From Alphaproteobacteria bacterium (GTDB lineage: Bacteria; Pseudomonadota; Alphaproteobacteria; UBA828): a stretch of DNA of 64,000 nt. The notes under the pieces were generated by a model. That model saw nothing but the letters and a program-made list of their open reading frames with translations. It ran no database searches and had not been told where the DNA came from. This document shows, in pieces, positions 1 through 9,492 of the stretch. The stretch covers positions 32,001 through 96,000 of the forward strand of contig CAXXVO010000018.1 in the NCBI GenBank assembly GCA_963422645.2, in the 5' to 3' direction. The position numbers and the translations under genes are program-made. How positions within the stretch are numbered: position 1 is the stretch's first letter; every line of letters begins with the position of its first letter.

Positions 1-281
1 GTGGCGCTGATCGAGCGCCGATACGACGAGATCATCGCCGATGCGCTGGCCTTTCACGAGAGCCAACCACCGTTCTCGCCTGGCAAGAGGAAGAAGCGCC
101 GGAAGCGAAGGATCGGTCACAATCTGGCCTTGAGGCTGCGCGACCACAAATGCGCGGTGCTCCGGTTCCTGATCGACCTCGAGGTCGGGTTCACGAACAA
201 CGAGGCCGAGCGCGACCTTCGGATGATGAAGCTGCGCCAGAAGATCTCCGGGGGCTTCCGGTCCGCGCAGGGGGCCGAGAA
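1..281 (+). pseudogene. IS66-family transposase TnpC (variant A), C-terminal region, interrupted by the serine-recombinase element; gene begins upstream of the window
   Basis: Motifs GHNLALRL, FTNNEAERDLRMMKLRQKISGGFRS match the complete IS66 TnpCs at 12775 and 28755; similarity stops at 281 and resumes at 4284. Confidence 0.9.
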
Positions 282-1932
282 GACGCCCTGAACGCAAAAG
301 GCAACCTTCGCCTTCGGTGCTGTGGTTGCCGGGTTTCGACGGGTCTGGACCGCCGCCTGGCGATCCCGAGATTGGGATTGAATGGCGAATGGTGATTTTG
401 TCCTCGGTGACCAACACCTCCTTCACGATGAGCCGGACGATGCGCTGCCGTTCGGCGATGTCCAGGGTTTCGGCGGACGAGTGCAGCCGCGCCAGAAAGC
501 CGGTCAGCGTCTCGGCGAGCCGGAGATAGGTCTCGCGATCCTTCGCCCGATCGACGGTGGATTGCAGTTCGCGATTCAGAGCCTGATCCTGACGACGGAG
601 CTCGGGCGTTCTGTCGCGCAGTTCATCGATTGTAATCAACTCCTCCTGATAGGCGTTGACCAGGCGGTCGATGCTTTTTCGGACCCGGATCAGACGGTGC
701 CGCAGGTCGTTCTCGCGCTGCTGGTTTGGATCGGAAGCGCGGGCCGCCTGTAGTCGCCGGTCGATCTCGGCGCCGATCAGTGCTGGATCCTCGAGCAGGC
801 GGACCACTTCGCCCCAGACGACGTCATCGAGCAAGTCCTGGCGCACCGGCCGACTGTCGCACACCGGTCCGTTGAGATGGCGCCAAGAGTCAGAACCCAG
901 GCAGCGATAATAGGAGATCTTGCGGGCACTCGTCTGGGCCGATGTGCGAGACAGCGCGTAGCCGCATTTGCCGCACGAGACCAGTCCCTGGAGCACGCTG
1001 GGCGTCTTCGTGCGACGCGGCGCGTGGATCTTGTTCATCTCCAGCCGCTCTTCGGCCAGGGCGAAGGTCTCTTCGCTGACGATCGCCGGCACCGGGATCT
1101 CGATCCACTCCTCACGCGGTTTTTCGTGACCGCCGGTCGTGCCGCTGGCCACGCCGCGGCGCAGGCGCAGAGGACGTGTCACACATTTACGCGGCATCTG
1201 GCGGGTCTTGCCGAAACAGGCTTTCCCCTTGTACGCCGGATTGCGGAGCATCGCCCACACCGTCGAGCGTTCCCAGCGCGAGCGCCCGGTGGAGGTGGGT
1301 ACCGCGCGCTCATTGAGCCTGCAGGTGATCGCGCCGATGCTCATGTGATCGCAGGTGTAGCAGCGGTAAACCTCGCGAACCACCGACGCCTGCGGCTCGA
1401 CGATTTCGTAGAACGCATCGCTGTCCGGGGTTTTCTTGTGGTAGCGGTAGCCATAGGGCGCGCCGCCGAGGACGGCGATTTCGCCGCGTCGCGCCCGATG
1501 TCGCTTGCCGCGCCGGGAACGCTCCAGGATTTGCGCGCGCTCGTATTCCGCAATCATGCCCTGGAACTGGACGAGCAGATGATCTTCCGGGGTTTCCATC
1601 GACGGCGCTCTCAAGAACACGGTCTCGACGCCCTGACGGGCCAGCTCCTCGATGATCAGAACCTGGTAGGCATAGCGCCGGCTCATACGGTCCGGGGCAT
1701 GGACCAGCACCGTGTCGATGCGCCCTTCCGCGGCGAGATCCCTGACCCGCTCGAGCCCCGGGCGTTCGAGAACGGCGCCGGTATAGCCGTCATCTTCAAT
1801 GATCATGTCGGGCGCGACGCTGTAACCGTGGTCCTCGGCGTAGGCGATCAGGGCCTCGGTCTGGCTCGCTATCGTGTTGTCATCTCTCTGCCGCTCGCCG
1901 GAGACCCGCGCGTAAATGGCTGCGATCTTCAT
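282..1932 (-). CDS. Large serine recombinase (resolvase + recombinase + zinc-ribbon domains), about 550 aa inside the element; no stop codon before the window edge
   Basis: Hand translation from ATG 1932 (RBS AGGAG): MKIAAIYARVSGERQ (catalytic YARVS), ERPGLE, PDRMSR, QGMIAEYERAQILERSRRGK, GGAPYGY, LRNPAYKG, CGKCG...YYRC...C, ending ITIRHSIP...CLLRSGR at the element end. Absent from the ORF track because the frame stays open to position 1. Confidence 0.93.
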
Positions 1933-2130
1933 GGTCGTCTCCTATGTCCTGCGCTCGGACCGGGATTTGCCGTGAAACAGATTCTGGCGAGGGACGCGCG
2001 GTGACGCTCCAACCCCGAGGTCACGGCGTTGGCTGAGACCGCCAGGGTCGGCGCGGCGGAGACGAGCGGTGGACTTCCCCGATGTGGTCCGAAGCGGTCC
2101 CGCGTAGCCGGCTGACGAGATGCGGGCCGC

Positions 2131-3411
2131 TCAGGCGGCCTTGAGTTCCGCGCCTACGGGCTCGATGTAGCCGTAGCGGCGGAGCATGCGGATCCACCGA
2201 GGAGCGTTGCGCTTGACCATCAGAGCGTCGTAGTCGGCCGTGCGGTCGTAGTAGGGCCTGCCGGTCTTGAGCACCACATAGATGATGCGCAGCATCTTGT
2301 GAGCGCCGGCGACGATGGCGCGCTTGTAGCCGCGCCGGGCGGCGAGGGCGCGGTGATGAGCCTCGAACTGGCACCCCTTGGTTCGGGCCGCGCCGTGGGC
2401 ACACTCGACGAGGCAGGCGCGCAGGGTCTTGGAGCCCATGCGGGTGCGTGCGTTGCGGCGCTTGCCCCCGCTCTCGTTGTTGCCGGGGCAGAGCCCGGCC
2501 CAGGCGGCGAAGTGCTCCTTGGAGGCGAACACGCCGATGTCGGGGCCGATCTCGATGAGGATGGTCGAGGCGGCGGTGCGGTCGATGCCGGGGATGGTGG
2601 TCAGCAGACGGAGCTGCTCCTCCCACGGTGTCATCTGCCCGTCGATCTTCCTGGTGTAGGACGCGATGCGCGCCTCAAGCGCGTCATGCTCCTCCAGCAG
2701 GTCGTTGAGCATGAAGCGGTCGTTGTCGCCCAGGCTCAGGGTGAGCGCCTCGCCGAGCCCCTCCAGCTTGTTCGCAACGTGGCTGGTGAGCGAGGCGAGG
2801 ATGACCTCGCGCGCCGTCCCCTGCGCCAGGCCGTCGAGGATCTTCCGGCCGTTGACGCCGAAGACGTCGGAGAGGATGCCGCCGATGCGCGCACCGGCGC
2901 GGTCGATGATCTTCTGCACGCGGTTGCGCACGGCGGAGCGCTGCCTGACCAGGACGCGGCGCTGGCGGCTCAGTGCGCGCAGCTCCCGGAACGGCTCAGG
3001 CGGAACGTGGGAAGGCGTGCAGAGCCCGAACTGGCACACGCAGGCCAGCCACACGCTGTCCGCCACGTCGGTCTTGCGCCCCTTCAACTGCTTCACCTGA
3101 CGCGCATGCACCAGGATCGCCTCGAGCCCGGCCGCCTCCAGGGCCGCGAAGGGCGCCTGCCAGTAGACCCCGGTCCCTTCCATCACCGCAGCCTCGACGC
3201 CGTGACCGGTCAGCCACGCGACCATCTCCTCCAGACCGCTCGGCAGCGTGCCGAAGCAGCGCGTCTCCACCACCGGCTCACCCTCGCCCTCACAGAGGCG
3301 AACCGTCGCGGTGATCTCCATCTTGTGCACGTCCAGACCCGCCGCGCGCGGCCGGACGACGTGCAAGCCTTCCGTCTTCATCGCCTTCCTCCTCATTTGC
3401 GCTCTCGCCAC
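2131..3411 (-). CDS. IS110-family DEDD transposase/recombinase (start may be ATG 3381)
   Basis: GLDVHK, VMEGTGVYW, KTDVADS (DEDD tetrad), TIPGI, AWAGLCPGNNESGG (catalytic Ser region). Confidence 0.95.
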   Translation of the reverse strand: MARAQMRRKAMKTEGLHVVRPRAAGLDVHKMEITATVRLCEGEGEPVVETRCFGTLPSGLEEMVAWLTGHGVEAAVMEGTGVYWQAPFAALEAAGLEAILVHARQVKQLKGRKTDVADSVWLACVCQFGLCTPSHVPPEPFRELRALSRQRRVLVRQRSAVRNRVQKIIDRAGARIGGILSDVFGVNGRKILDGLAQGTAREVILASLTSHVANKLEGLGEALTLSLGDNDRFMLNDLLEEHDALEARIASYTRKIDGQMTPWEEQLRLLTTIPGIDRTAASTILIEIGPDIGVFASKEHFAAWAGLCPGNNESGGKRRNARTRMGSKTLRACLVECAHGAARTKGCQFEAHHRALAARRGYKRAIVAGAHKMLRIIYVVLKTGRPYYDRTADYDALMVKRNAPRWIRMLRRYGYIEPVGAELKAA

Positions 3412-3700
3412 GGCGGCGTACGATCACGCCGTGGCATCGCCACGGTGGAGGCGGGGACAGCGGTCGGAAGAACACGCATCCGACGAGCGGGTGCGGTGCA
3501 ATTTGCCGCGCGTCCACGGCCACGGGCCGGGTACAATACGGGGTGCGGAGCCGGCCGCCGGAAGCAGTTTTGTCATCGGGAACTACGTCACCGATATAAC
3601 GACGCTCACACGTCCCCACCTCCGCCAATACCCATCCTGACACGGCAAATGGGTGCAAGCGCAAGGAAAACGTCAGCCGAACCGCTCCTGTTTCATGCCA
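3412..3700 (-). ncRNA. Candidate IS110 bridge/seek RNA region
   Basis: About 290-bp non-coding end upstream of the transposase, with short matches to the element ends (CACGGCAAAT 3641-3650 = reverse complement of 1965-1974; GCCACGGG 3519-3526). Function inferred from the family. Confidence 0.45.
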
Positions 3701-3854
3701 CGGGGTGGCTCAGAACCGCGGGGACCATGACTGTTTTGTGAGTTTGATCGGGCACCAGGATCGCGTAGGCGTTGTGGAGTTTGGCGTCGAGCAGACGATC
3801 GAAGGCATAAGCGAGGTGAACCGTGGGCCGAGCGCCCAAGCGACGTTCAGCCAT
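3701..3854 (-). pseudogene. Small ORF (61 aa once the IS110 is removed) coupled to the LSR; possible directionality or accessory factor
   Basis: MAERRLGARPTVHLAYAFDRLLDAKLHNAYAILVPDQ...SHP, then the IS110, then GPSAGHRRRP*; the restored TGA overlaps the LSR ATG (ATGA at 1929-1932). Confidence 0.65.
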
Positions 3855-4176
3855 GCCGATCCGCGTCCGATAAAAAGCGTCTCAGCGCCCGCGCGACGAT
3901 CTCCCCGATGGAGTGGCCGCTGCTCCTGGCGTGGGCTCGCAAGGTCTCCGCCAGAGTGCCTGGAATCTTGATGGTGATCGGGATCAGCTCTTCGGTCGGC
4001 TCGGCCGGCTGGCCCATGGCGCGCGCGTCCTGGACGTAGCGATAGGACTGACGCTGCGACAGCCCGAAGCGCTGCGACAGCCGTGCCACGGCTTCGCTCG
4101 CCGTGGCGCCCTGGGCGAGCAGCGTGTAGGCGGCATTGAGCCGCTCGACCTTCTGGGATCTTGTTGACCGGATCAT
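3847..4176 (-). CDS. Small DNA-binding protein: N-terminal HTH-like and C-terminal ribbon-helix-helix-like
   Basis: 109 aa; LSQRFGLSQRQSYRYV (HTH-like) and ITIKIPGTLAETLRAHARSSGHSIGEIVARAL (RHH pattern); overlaps the next ORF by 8 nt. Confidence 0.7.
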   Translation of the reverse strand: MIRSTRSQKVERLNAAYTLLAQGATASEAVARLSQRFGLSQRQSYRYVQDARAMGQPAEPTEELIPITIKIPGTLAETLRAHARSSGHSIGEIVARALRRFLSDADRHG

Positions 4177-4184
4177 TTGCCATA

Positions 4185-4217
4185 AGAATATTACCGTTTG
4201 CGGCGCAAGTCAGTCAA
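4185..4217 (-). promoter_or_regulatory. Putative sigma70 promoter for the LSR operon, possibly leaderless
   Basis: Minus strand TTGACTGACT-N17-TATTCT, with the ATG at 4176 eight nt after the -10. Confidence 0.45.
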
Positions 4218-4283
4218 GGGACGGTCTCGCCATTCCACAATCTGACGTTCGAAGCGGAAGTTACCTTTTGCGTTCAGGGCGTC

Positions 4284-4397
4284 AGCTTCGCCATCCTGCG
4301 CAGCGTCATCACCACCGCCAGAAAGCAGGGCTGGAATATCATCGAAGCCCTGACCAGCCCATCGGATCGGCTCATCGCCACCGTCAAGTGCGCGTAA
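4284..4397 (+). pseudogene. IS66 TnpC (variant A) extreme C-terminus
   Basis: SFAILRSVITTARKQGWNIIEAL... matches the C-termini of the other IS66 TnpCs here. Confidence 0.88.
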
Positions 4398-4665
4398 GCT
4401 CACCTGGCACGGGTTCTCCAACAGCGGAGCCATTCTCATAAACGATCATGGTCGACGCCGTGCTGGACCACCCCATAGAATGAAAATCGGTGCCCGTCGC
4501 GCGGGCGGACTTCGGGCCACATCGGGGTAGCTTACCGGTCGCAGTCCGCAAGAGGGGCATCGTGAGCTGTGAAACCCGGCGACCCCAGAGGAGCACACGG
4601 GCGTCGCGTGGGTAGCGTTGTGCCGAATCCCAGAGAATTTTCACAGCAAGAACCTGGGCAGTTAC
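4398..4665 (+). mobile_element. IS66 variant A right end (TIR ACCTGGGCAGTTAC), inserted in the 5' end of res
   Basis: TIR at 4652-4665 (reverse complement GTAACTGCCCAGGT); 4481-4665 recurs near-identically at 14419-14602. Confidence 0.88.
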
Positions 4666-7649
4666 ATCCTTTGCAGCACTGGGAGCTTGACGAGAGCGGC
4701 CAGCCCACCAACCGCATCCTCGAGCTGCGGCGTCAGGTCTCGTTCATCACGCCGATCCCCAAGCCAAAGAAGAGCAAGGGGTCGCAACAGACGCTGATCT
4801 TCGACGAGGAAGCACAGCGGGTCGCGACCGAAGGCCAGCAATACGAGCTGGCGCAGACGATCAACAGCGTACGGAATGCCGTCGATCGCTGGCGGGAGCT
4901 GCCAGATCAAGGACAGTGGCGCGTGACACCGGAGACGGCCCGGCTGCTGCACCACTGGCGCCACCACAGGTTCAACGATATCCGCCCTTTCTTCTGCCAG
5001 GTCGAGGCGGTGGAGACGGCGATTTGGCTAACCGAGGTCGCACCCCAGATCGCCGCAGGACGCCGGTTCCTCGAACACCTGGACAACGCGAACAAGGAAG
5101 CCAATCCGGCGCTCTCCAGGTTGGCGCTGAAGCTCGCCACCGGCGCAGGCAAGACCACCGTGATGGCCATGCTCATCGCATGGCAGACGATCAACGCGGT
5201 GCGCCGCCCGAACAGCAGGCGCTTCACGCGGGGCTTCCTGATCGTCACTCCCGGCATCACCATCAAGGACCGGCTCCGGGTGCTCCAGCCCAACGACCCG
5301 GACAGCTACTACCAGAGCCGTGAGCTGGTACCGGGCGACATGCTGGGCGATCTCGAACGAGCGAAGATCGTCATCACCAACTTCCATGCCTTCAAGCGCC
5401 GCGAAACGATGGAGGTCTCCAAGGGCGGCCGGGCTCTGCTCCAGGGTCGCGGTCCCGATATAAGGTCGACCGAGAGCGAAGGACAGATGCTTCAGCGGGT
5501 CATGCCCGAGATCATGGGCATGAAGAACGTGCTCGCGCTGAACGACGAGGCGCACCACTGCTATCGCGAGAAGCCCGGCGAGGACGACGAAGGCAACCTG
5601 AAGGGCGAGGACCGCAAGGAAGCCGAGAAGAACCGCGAAGCCGCGAGGCTGTGGATTTCCGGGTTGGAGGCGGTGGGTCAGAAGCTCGGCCTCACCCGCG
5701 TGATCGACCTCTCGGCGACGCCCTTCTTCCTGCGCGGCTCGGGCTACGCGGAAGGGACGCTCTTCCCCTGGACGATGAGCGACTTCTCCCTCATGGACGC
5801 CATCGAGTGCGGAATCGTCAAGCTGCCCCGTGTGCCGGTGGCCGACAACATCCCCGGCGGCGACATGCCGAAGTTCCGCAACCTGTGGGAGCATATCCGC
5901 AAGGACATGCCGAGGAAGGGGCGCGGCAAGACCTCCAATCTCAATCCGCTGCAGATTCCCGTAACTCTGCAGACGGCGCTGGAGGCCCTCTACGGTCACT
6001 ACGAGAAGACCTTCGCTCTCTGGCACGAGGCCGGCATCGAGGTCCCGCCCTGCTTCATCGTGGTCTGCAACAACACCTCGACCTCGAAGCTCATCTACGA
6101 CTACATCGCGGGCTTCCAACGAGAAAACCCGGATGGCTCCACGACTCTGGTCAACGGTCGGCTCAAGCTGTTCCAAAATTTTGACGAGCATGGCACCCCG
6201 CTCGCGCGCCCGCGCACTCTCCTGATCGACAGCGAACAGCTCGAGTCCGGCGATGCGCTCGACAAGAACTTCCGCGCCATGGCGGCGGACGAGATCGAGC
6301 GCTTCCGCTGGGAGATCATCAAGCGCACGGGCGACAAGAAGCGGGCTGATAACCTCTCCGACCAGGACCTGCTGCGTGAGGCGATGAACACTGTTGGCAA
6401 GGAAGGCCGGCTCGGCGGCGCGACCCGCTGCGTCGTCTCGGTCTCGATGCTGACCGAGGGGTGGGACGCAAACACCGTCACCCACGTGCTCGGCGTGCGC
6501 GCCTTCGGCACGCAGCTCCTTTGCGAGCAGGCGGTGGGCCGGGCGCTGCGCCGGCAATCCTACGAGCTGAGCGACGACAACCTGTTTCCCGTCGAGTACG
6601 CCGACGTGCTCGGCATCCCCTTCGACTTCACAGCGAAGCCTGTGGTCGCCCCGCCGCAGAAGCCCACCAACGCGGTCCAGGTCAAAGCGATTACGCCGGA
6701 GCGCGACCGCTGCGAAATCCGTTTTCCGCGTGTCCAGGGTTACCGCGTCGAATTGCCGGAGGAACGATTACAGGCGACCTTCACTGCCGATGACACGCTG
6801 GTTCTGACGCCCGCGCTCGTCGGCCCCTCTCGCACTCGGGTTGAGGGGATTATCGGTGAGGGGGTCGATCTCAACCTGGTTCACACGGGCGATCTGCGCC
6901 GCTCGACCCTGCTGTTTCACCTCACCAAGCGTCTGCTGGAGACGAAGTGGTGCGATCCGGGAGAGGAGCCGAAGCTCCACCTGTTCGGCCAGCTCAAGCG
7001 GGTTGCACGGCAGTGGCTCGACGATCATCTCGTCTGCAAGGGCGGCACGTACCCGGCGCAGCTCATGTATCTGGAGTTGGCGGACATGGCCTGCGAGCGC
7101 ATCACGCGAGGGATCGTCGAGCGGCATGTGGACGAGCGCCCCGTGAAGGCGGTGCTCGATCCCTACAATCCCGCCGGCTCGACGATCCACGTGCGCCTCA
7201 CTACGTCGAAGAAGACGCTGAGGAAGACCGATGCCCGCTATTGCCACATCAACTATGTCGTCTGCGACAGCGACTGGGAGGACCAGTTCTGTTTCGTGGC
7301 CGAGGGGCATCCCCGCGTCCGCGCCTACGTCAAGAACCACGGACTGGGCCTCGAAGTGCCCTATCTGCGCGGTTCCGAGCCGCACAGATACATCCCCGAC
7401 TTCATCGTGCTGGTGGACGACGGCCGTGGCGAGGACGACCCGCTGCACCTGATTGTCGAAGTCAAGGGCTACCGCGGCGAAGACGCGAAGGTGAAGAAGG
7501 CGACCATGGAGACCTATTGGGTGCCGGGCGTGAATGCGCTCGGCACCTTCGGGCGCTGGGCCTTCGCCGAGTTCACGGATGTCTACGAGTTCGAGGCGGG
7601 GTTCGACGCGCTTGTCCGTGGCTTTCTTCTCAAAGATGCTGCCGAATGA
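4666..7649 (+). pseudogene. res: Type III restriction enzyme Res subunit, native start separated by IS66 (an IS-derived in-frame GTG lies at 4569)
   Basis: PFFCQVEA, LATGAGKT (Walker A), NDEAHHCY, DLSATP, MLTEGWDA, C-terminal YIPDF...EVKG PD-(D/E)xK nuclease; begins abruptly after the IS66 TIR. Confidence 0.88.
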
Positions 7650-7683
7650 AACCGACTCACTCGGGCACCGGAAGGAACCAGAT

Positions 7684-7923
7684 GTGAAGCTGCACTACTA
7701 TCCCGAGACCGACAGCCTCTATTATCCCGAGACCGACAGCCTCTATGTCGAGTTCAAGGCGGGGCCAGGCGTGGAGACGCGCGAGGTCTCGGACGGCCTG
7801 AACGTCGACCTCGACGGGGACGGCGAAGTCGTGGGCTTCGACATCGACCACGAGTCCCGGCGCCTCGATCTCTCGACGCTGGAGACCGAGGCGCTGCCGC
7901 TGCGCTCCACCAGGGTCGGATGA
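7684..7923 (+). CDS. DUF2283-like small protein (putative antitoxin) with an internal 8-aa duplication
   Basis: YYPETDSLY(x2)VEFK...GLNVDLDGDGEVVGFDI pattern; RBS AAGGA before the GTG. Confidence 0.7.
   Translation: MKLHYYPETDSLYYPETDSLYVEFKAGPGVETREVSDGLNVDLDGDGEVVGFDIDHESRRLDLSTLETEALPLRSTRVG
7695..7742 (+). repeat. 24-bp tandem duplication
   Basis: CTACTATCCCGAGACCGACAGCCT / CTATTATCCCGAGACCGACAGCCT. Confidence 0.95.
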
Positions 7924-7967
7924 TCCGTGGCACCTGAGATCAGGATGGCGAAGGCGAGGAAGGGCCG

Positions 7968-8258
7968 GTGAGCAGGGACGATGTTCTCGCGCTGCTACGG
8001 GCGCACAAGACGACGCTGGCGCAGCGCTTCGGCGTGACCGATCTCGCCCTGTTCGGCTCGTTCGCCCGCAACCGGGCCGACGATGACAGCGATGTCGACA
8101 TCCTGGTTCGTTTCGACGGCCCTGTGGACTGGCGGCGCTATTTCGGGGCGCAGTTCTATCTGGAGGACCTGTTCGGTCGCCCGGTCGACCTGGCGACCGA
8201 CGCGACGCTCCGGGCCGAGCTGCGGCCCTATGTGATGCGGGACGCCGTGAATGTCTGA
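7968..8258 (+). CDS. Minimal nucleotidyltransferase (MNT) antitoxin
   Basis: LFGSFARN...DSDVDILV (GSx10DxD) and LFGRPVDL; 96 aa; overlaps the HEPN gene. Confidence 0.9.
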   Translation: MSRDDVLALLRAHKTTLAQRFGVTDLALFGSFARNRADDDSDVDILVRFDGPVDWRRYFGAQFYLEDLFGRPVDLATDATLRAELRPYVMRDAVNV

Positions 8259-8622
8259 GGCGGGAGAGAGGAAGCGGGAATGGCGCTTCTACGTCTCGGA
8301 CATGATCGGTTTCTGCGAGAGGGTCCTGGACTATACCGCCGGGCTGGACCGGGCATCGTTCGTCGCCAGCGCGATGACGTATGACGCCGTCCTGCGCAAT
8401 CTTGAGTTGATTGGCGAAGCGGCGACCCATATCCCCGAAGCGGTCCGCGACGCTCATCCCGAAATTCCCTGGCGTGCGATCGTCGGAGCGCGCAACCGTC
8501 TCGCCCACAGCTACCTGCTGATCGACGACGAAATCATCTGGACCATGATCGAGGACGCCGTACCGAGCCTTCTTCCCGCGCTCCGGGCGCTCCTGGAGAC
8601 TTCCGGCGAGGACGGCGCGTAG
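8251..8622 (+). CDS. HEPN (DUF86/HepT-like) RNase toxin
   Basis: DAVLRNLELIGEA, IPW, RNRLAH (Rx4H HEPN motif). Confidence 0.9.
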   Translation: MSEAGERKREWRFYVSDMIGFCERVLDYTAGLDRASFVASAMTYDAVLRNLELIGEAATHIPEAVRDAHPEIPWRAIVGARNRLAHSYLLIDDEIIWTMIEDAVPSLLPALRALLETSGEDGA

Positions 8623-9383
8623 ATGGCGAAGCGAAAGAAGAAGTCGAAGTCCGTCGAGACGCTCACGCATGGCGAGGCGGCGCGGCGCAACATCCCGACC
8701 GCCGAATACCACCCCGTCATGGCCGACGAGGACAAGGCGCCGATCCGCGCGGCCTACGAGCGCCGTAACCGCGACCTCGACCCGCAGCTCGTCTGGCGCG
8801 GCAAGGACGAGCAGGACATGGCCGACCTCGTCGTCCAGGCGCCGCCGCTCTACATCCAGGAGAAGGTGCACCCAAAAGTCCTGATCGACGAACTGCTGCG
8901 GCAAACGAAGGAACGGCGGGAGGAGGAGGCGCCCACCGCGCCCGACCTCTTCGCCGATTTCAACGGCCTGCCTGACGGCGCTGCGCGCACCGAGTTCTAC
9001 CGTCACGACGCCAACTGGTCGAACCGCATGATCCTCGGCGACAGCCTGCAGGTCATGGCCTCGCTGGCGGAGCGCGAGGGCCTGCGCGGCAAGGTGCAGT
9101 GCATCTATATCGACCCGCCCTACGGCATCCGCTTCAACTCCAACTTCCAGTGGTCCACCACCAGCCGCGACGTGAAGGACGGCAAGGCCCAGCACATTAC
9201 CCGCGAGCCCGAGCAGGTGAAGGCCTTTCGCGACACCTGGCGCGACGGCATCCACTCCTACCTGAGCTACCTGCGCGACCGGCTGACCGTGGCGCGCGAC
9301 CTGTTGACCGAAAGCGGTTCGGTCTTCGTGCAGATCGGCGATGAGAACGTGCACCGCGTTCGCGCGTTGATGGACGAAATGTT
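8623..9383 (+). pseudogene. mod: Type III Mod subunit (adenine MTase), 5' part, disrupted by the IS66 composite
   Basis: NRMILGDSLQVM, CIYIDPPYG, SGSVFVQIGDENVH; frame broken at the GTAAC TIR at 9384. Confidence 0.9.
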
Positions 9384-9492
9384 GTAACTACCCAGGTACC
9401 CCGCCGCCAGTTCTGAGTGCGTGCTGATGTTGCTTGCCGTCGGTGCCGTTTCGCCGTCGGCGCGTCGTTGATCCCCGCTTGACTGTATAGGT

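Larger units (their letters stand above)
1961..3704 (-). mobile_element. IS110/IS1111-family element
   Basis: CGGG at 1961-1964 and 3701-3704; sub-terminal inverted repeats TGCCGTGAAACAG (1968-1980) and CTGTTTCATGCCA (3688-3700), 11/13 match; removing the element restores the small ORF it interrupts. Confidence 0.85.
282..4283 (-). mobile_element. Large-serine-recombinase integrative element (HTH/RHH gene, small ORF, LSR), carrying a nested IS110
   Basis: Ends are inverted: GACGCCCTGAACGCAAAAGG at 282-301 is the exact reverse complement of 4264-4283, and similarity extends to about 33 bp. No TSD. Removing 282-4283 plus one 2-nt core restores the IS66 frame (GAE-N/S-FAILRSV). Confidence 0.88.

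Noticed and set aside
877-2004. 375-aa plus-strand ORF (and 382-753)
   Set aside because: Antisense shadow in the same codon register as the minus-strand serine recombinase; no motifs of its own.
282-4283. Reading the inverted ends as TIRs of a DDE transposon
   Set aside because: No TSD, and the only resident non-IS110 enzyme is a serine recombinase; a dyad att site with a 2-nt core fits better.
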